Program-made: the position numbers and the translations under genes | Assembly (NCBI GenBank): GCA_963816185.1 | Contig: CAWFJJ010000024.1 | Coordinates: 32,001-96,000 of the forward strand | From: Thermoanaerobaculia bacterium | GTDB lineage: Bacteria > Acidobacteriota > Thermoanaerobaculia > UBA5066 | DNA: 64,000 nucleotides | Reading direction: 5' to 3' | Shown here: positions 59,932-64,000 of the stretch, piece by piece | How the letters are laid out: every line of letters begins with the position of its first letter | Position numbering within the stretch: the first letter of the stretch is position 1 | Notes under the pieces: generated by a model | What the model was told of the DNA's origin: nothing | What the model saw: the letters and a program-made list of their open reading frames with translations, nothing else | Databases searched by the model: none

Positions 59932-60914
59932 CGGACGCACGGGCGCCGTCCGCGGCGAACGCGCCCACGGCGACGATCCTCGCGTCCCTCGCGCGGCTCG
60001 TCGCGACCGTGCGCACGGCCTACCGCGGGCCTGCGACGGCAGTGGAGGACGCGGTCGTGTGCCTCCTCGCGCGGGGCCACCTCCTGATCGAGGACGTCCC
60101 CGGCGTGGGCAAGACGACGCTCGCCTCGGCTCTCGGCAAGGCGCTCGGCGTCGGCGTCCACCGCATGCAGTTCACGCCGGACACGTTGCCCTCCGACATC
60201 CTCGGCCTCACGGTCTTCAACGTGCGGACGCAGGAGTTCGAGTTCCATCCGGGCCCCGTGTTCACGCCGGTGCTTCTGGCCGACGAGATCAACCGCGCGA
60301 CGCCGAAGACGCAGGCGGCGCTCCTGCAGGCGATGAGCGAGCGGGCCGTTTCGTCCGACGGCGTCACCCGGCCGCTGCCCGAGCCGTTCCTCGTCCTCGC
60401 GACGCAGAATCCCGTGGAGTATCTCGGCACCTACCCGCTCCCCGAGTCGCAGCTCGATCGCTTTCTCATGCGCATTTCGCTGGGCTATCCCGTCCCGGAG
60501 GACGAGAGGCGCCTTCTGCTCTCGGGCGGCGCCGACCGCGTCCTGGCAGCGCTCACCCCCGCGCTCACTCTCGAGGAGCTGGCTTCGGCACAAGCGGCGA
60601 CCGAGCGCGTCACCGTGGCGGACAAGCTCTTGGATTACGTGCTCGCGATCGTTACGCGCACGCGGAGCGGCAAGGACCTGCTCCTCGGCGTCTCGCCTCG
60701 CGGCTCGCAGGGCTTTTTCCGCGCGGTGCAGGCGCGCGCGCTCGTCTCGGGCCGACCCTACGCCACGCCCGACGACGTCAAGCGGGTCGCGGTCGCCACG
60801 CTCGCGCACCGGGTTCTCGCCTCGCAGCCGGGGGCGTGGGACGGCGGGGGGAGCGGACGCCGCGAGCGCGACGCGATCCAGCGCATCCTCGACGAAACGC
60901 CCGTTCCGCTGTGA
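59928..60914 (+). CDS. moxR: MoxR-family AAA+ ATPase
   Basis: HLLIEDVPGVGKT, QFTPD.LPSD, LADEINR, ATQNP, LPESQLDRF, SPR. Confidence 0.92.
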   Translation: MTDARAPSAANAPTATILASLARLVATVRTAYRGPATAVEDAVVCLLARGHLLIEDVPGVGKTTLASALGKALGVGVHRMQFTPDTLPSDILGLTVFNVRTQEFEFHPGPVFTPVLLADEINRATPKTQAALLQAMSERAVSSDGVTRPLPEPFLVLATQNPVEYLGTYPLPESQLDRFLMRISLGYPVPEDERRLLLSGGADRVLAALTPALTLEELASAQAATERVTVADKLLDYVLAIVTRTRSGKDLLLGVSPRGSQGFFRAVQARALVSGRPYATPDDVKRVAVATLAHRVLASQPGAWDGGGSGRRERDAIQRILDETPVPL

Positions 60915-60918
60915 GCCC

Positions 60919-61941
60919 GTGGTCCTCACCGCGCGCCTGAAGAAGCTCCTCCACCCGGGCATCCTCGTCCGGGTCACGAACCTGGGGTTGGGTTTCATCC
61001 TCCTGACGCTCGTCGTCGCCGTGGCCGCGACGAACACGGGCAACAACGGCCTCTACATCCTCGTGTCGCTCTTCCTCGCGGCGTTGGTCGTCTCGGGCAT
61101 CGTCTCGCGCCGGAACGTGGAGAACGTCGTCGTGGAGCTCGAGGGTCCGGCGGAGATTTTCGCCGGCGTGCCGGTGCGTTTCACGCTCCGGCTCACGAAT
61201 CTCGGGCGCCTGCCGCGGCGCGGCCTCCTCGTGAAGATCTCCAGCGCTTCGGCGCCGATCCTGTTCGGCCGCCTCGAGCCGGGGAGAGGCGTGGAGCGTG
61301 GAGTAGACCTCGTCTTCCCGAAGCGTGGCCGGCGGTCCATCGAGTCGCTTCTCCTTTACAGCGGTTACCCGATCGGCCTGTTCCGGAAAGGCCGCGTGCA
61401 TCCGCTCGAAGACGAACGCGTCGTCTACCCGGCGCCTGCAGACGTGCCGTACCTCCCTCCCGATCCGCGGGAAGCCGAGGGCGGCGATCCCCGCGATCGG
61501 CGGAGGGGACGCGGGGCGGAGATCCGCAATCTGCGCGAGGCGGGTTTCGGCGACGATCCGCGCGACGTTCACTGGCCCCAGACGGCGCGACAGGGGAAGT
61601 TCATCGTGAAGGAGCGCGCCTCCGAGGAGGGCCGCGACGCGCTCGTCGCGCTCGACACGACTCGCCCGCAAGGCGCGGACGCCGCCTGGAACGAGGTCTT
61701 CGAACACTCGGTCTCCGAGGCTGCGGGCCTCGCACTACGCCTCCTCGCGCGCGGAAGCCGCGTCGGCCTCCTGCTCGGAGGCTCCGTCGTTCCGCCCGGC
61801 TCCGGCCCGGCGCACCGCCGGGGCCTGCTGCGCGCTCTCGCCCTCGTCGAGCCCGTCCGCGACCCGGCGCGGCCTCCCTCGGCCATTCCCGCCTCGGTGG
61901 CCGTGTACCGCGCCGGACGCGGTCCGGAGAGAGCCGCGTGA
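60919..61941 (+). CDS. DUF58-family protein
   Basis: AATNTGNN.LY, RG, YP.GLF, LRE...GDD.R.VHW..TAR, LD, FE..VS.AA. Confidence 0.85.
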   Translation: MVLTARLKKLLHPGILVRVTNLGLGFILLTLVVAVAATNTGNNGLYILVSLFLAALVVSGIVSRRNVENVVVELEGPAEIFAGVPVRFTLRLTNLGRLPRRGLLVKISSASAPILFGRLEPGRGVERGVDLVFPKRGRRSIESLLLYSGYPIGLFRKGRVHPLEDERVVYPAPADVPYLPPDPREAEGGDPRDRRRGRGAEIRNLREAGFGDDPRDVHWPQTARQGKFIVKERASEEGRDALVALDTTRPQGADAAWNEVFEHSVSEAAGLALRLLARGSRVGLLLGGSVVPPGSGPAHRRGLLRALALVEPVRDPARPPSAIPASVAVYRAGRGPERAA

Positions 61942-64000
61942 GCGCACGTGGGTCCCTTCCCGCGCCGACAGGGGAGCCGGTCCCGTTTCTCAGGGAGCGC
62001 CTTCTTGCGCTCGGGTCGCTGGCGTTCCTGGCTCCCGTCCCTCTTTTCTTCAGCAACGCCCTCGAGCTCGCCGTGCTCCTCGTCTATCTCGGCGTCGTCG
62101 CGGTATTTCTCCTGCGCGTGAGAGGGGGCCGCGTTCCGCGCCTTGGAAACCGCGCCCTGAATCTCGCCGGACTCCTCTATCTTCCCGTGATCGTCGTCGA
62201 CGTGCGCTTCGGCAGCCAGACGCTCCTGAAGACGATGCTCCACCTTCTCCTGTTCACGACGCTCTTCAAGCTCGCGGCGATTCGGAAGGAGCGCGACCTC
62301 TCGCTCGCCCTCGCCCTGTCGGGCGTGCTGTTCGTGGCCTCCGTCTCGACTTCTTTCCACTACACGATTCTGCTTTACGTTCTTCTCGTCGCCTTCGTCG
62401 GCTGGGCGGTCCTCGTGAAGTGGGCGCTGTGGCGCGATCTTGCGGCGGCCCCGGAAGAGTGGAGCCGTGACCGCGCCGCGCGCGAGCTGCCGGGCGGCGG
62501 ACCGCTTTTCACGTCGGTGCTGTCCACGGTGCTGATCGCCGTGCCGCTCTTTCTCTTCCTTCCGCGTCTCAAGACCCCATATGTCAAGGGTGCCGAGGCC
62601 GGGCGCGAGATCACGACGGGCTTCTCGGAGAACGTGGACCCAAACCTTTTCGGCGAGCTGAAGCAGAACGACCGGGTCTTTCTGAGGATCACGAGCGAGG
62701 AGCCGCTCGGCGAAGGCTCGGCGGCCATCCTCAGACTGCGGACGCTCGCTCTCTCGCGCTGGGAGGACGGCGTCTGGAAGAAGCCGCTCGAGCGCAGTGT
62801 CACCCTCTCGCCTGCGAGGAGCGGCATGCTCATCCCTCTCGCCGCGCGAGGCCGTGCGGTGCCGGGGGGCTCGGCGATGACGATCGACCTCACGCCGATC
62901 GAGACTCGGACCCTTCCGTATCCGCTCCAGGGCACCGCGCTGCGCCTCTCGGAAGGTTCGTTCCGCAGTCCCAATCTCGCATACGTCGAAAGGGACGCGG
63001 TGCGCAACGTGCGCCTGCCGTTCGAGCCCGAGCGCACGATCCAGTACACGGTGTTTTACGGGATCCGTTCGCTCCCCGACCTCGAGCCAGGCGACGCGGT
63101 CGAGGCCGGAAAGGGCGCCGGCTCGAAAACGCTGCGCGCGTTCGCGCTCGACACGCTGGCGGGCATCGATCCGGCGACCGATCCCGAGGCCGCGGCCGAA
63201 AGAATCGAAGCGGCTCTCAGGAGGTGGACGTACGAGCTGGACCTCAAGCCGCACGGGCCGAACGCCGTCGAGGACTTCGTGGCCAATCGGCGCAGAGGCC
63301 ATTGCCAGACGTTCGCGACCGCGATGGCGCTTCTCCTTCGCGAAGTGGGCGTTCCGACCCGGTTCGTGACGGGCTTTCTGGGCGGCGAGATCGGAGCGTT
63401 CGGACGATACGTTCTCGTGCGAGGTCAGAACGTCCACGCCTGGGTCGAGGTCTGGTGTGGACCGTCGAAAGGCTGGCTCACGTTCGATCCAACGCCCCTT
63501 GCAGGTCAGCCGGGCCTCGAGCGCGTGCCCGTGTCGCGGCGTCTGAGGCAGGTGACGGATGGGCTGGAGTTCTTCTACGACCGCTTCATCCTCTCGTTCG
63601 GCCAGGGCGACCAGGTCGAGCTTCTGCGGAAGATCCGCGAAGCGGCCCGGAGCGCGCTTGGAGTCCTTCGGCGTCCTCGCGCGGGGAAGGGCTTGCCGCT
63701 GAGCCCCGTGGCCAGCGTCGGAGCCGCGGCGCTCCTCCTCGCCGCGCTCGTCCTCCTCGGACGACGCCTGCGCGTTGCGCGCTGGAGAACGAGCGGTCTC
63801 GCGCCGGCCTCGGCCGCGTATCGCCGACTCCAGAAGGCGCTCCATCGGGCCGGTGCGCCGCTCACTCCCGCGTCCGTCCCGGGCGAGACTCTTGCCGCGG
63901 CTGCTGCGCTCGGCCCTCGTGCCGCGCTCCCCGCGCAGGCGATCGTCCGCGCCTACATCCGGGAGTCTTTTGGAGGGCTCGCGGCTCCGGACGGAGAGGA
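61938..64000 (+). CDS. Membrane transglutaminase-like protein (TgpA/DUF3488 type); runs off the window end
   Basis: N-terminal TM helices, F.FLPR, TGFSE.V, RGHCQTFATAM..LLR..G.P.R.V.GF.GGE, HAWVEV, W.TFDPTP. Confidence 0.88.
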   Translation, partial: MSARGSLPAPTGEPVPFLRERLLALGSLAFLAPVPLFFSNALELAVLLVYLGVVAVFLLRVRGGRVPRLGNRALNLAGLLYLPVIVVDVRFGSQTLLKTMLHLLLFTTLFKLAAIRKERDLSLALALSGVLFVASVSTSFHYTILLYVLLVAFVGWAVLVKWALWRDLAAAPEEWSRDRAARELPGGGPLFTSVLSTVLIAVPLFLFLPRLKTPYVKGAEAGREITTGFSENVDPNLFGELKQNDRVFLRITSEEPLGEGSAAILRLRTLALSRWEDGVWKKPLERSVTLSPARSGMLIPLAARGRAVPGGSAMTIDLTPIETRTLPYPLQGTALRLSEGSFRSPNLAYVERDAVRNVRLPFEPERTIQYTVFYGIRSLPDLEPGDAVEAGKGAGSKTLRAFALDTLAGIDPATDPEAAAERIEAALRRWTYELDLKPHGPNAVEDFVANRRRGHCQTFATAMALLLREVGVPTRFVTGFLGGEIGAFGRYVLVRGQNVHAWVEVWCGPSKGWLTFDPTPLAGQPGLERVPVSRRLRQVTDGLEFFYDRFILSFGQGDQVELLRKIREAARSALGVLRRPRAGKGLPLSPVASVGAAALLLAALVLLGRRLRVARWRTSGLAPASAAYRRLQKALHRAGAPLTPASVPGETLAAAAALGPRAALPAQAIVRAYIRESFGGLAAPDGE

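Noticed and set aside
61569-63845. 758-aa minus-strand ORF
   Set aside because: Antisense shadow of the + strand transglutaminase gene, which is missing from the ORF track because it has no stop in the window.
59928-64000. moxR-DUF58-transglutaminase as a novel system
   Set aside because: A well-known, widespread gene trio.

Overview
Bacterial DNA, apparently from a long-read assembly, made of two dissimilar blocks joined at about 17,835. Block A (1-17,835) has lower GC and an indel in almost every gene. Its gene content is Solibacter/Bryobacteraceae-like (inference): CsgG-family protein, exported multi-Rid protein, iorAB, shortened GH97, lysA, GAF-GAF-PP2C, deoC, argD, manC, two lepB, TIGR03435-like protein and SYLF protein. 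Block B (17,835-64,000) is very GC-rich and probably Thermoanaerobaculia-like (inference). It holds Ytr-type ABC/GntR genes, pilT, kdsA, a DEAD-box helicase, a cassette of a giant Ig-repeat/beta-helix protein plus three tail-collar proteins, a GNAT and two DUF6916-like genes, a 2-oxoacid:ferredoxin oxidoreductase/acyl-CoA ligase operon, pyrG, kdsB, ispB, yajQ, lolA, purH, an exported deiminase-fold protein, a large beta-barrel protein, recA, pgpA, murB, a LivK-like protein, a BNR-repeat protein, a second manC and moxR-DUF58-transglutaminase. There are two best candidates for an undescribed system. (i) A recurrent DNA motif, AGATTTCTnnGAA / AGATTCTTAGAA, lies in purine-skewed AT-rich patches across block B. 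It sits inside genes in different frames and strands and occupies an in-frame insertion in ManC. (ii) The non-phage tail-collar/GNAT/DUF6916/giant-adhesin cassette. No tRNA, rRNA or CRISPR array was recognised. All protein calls come from reading motifs by eye; no searches were run.
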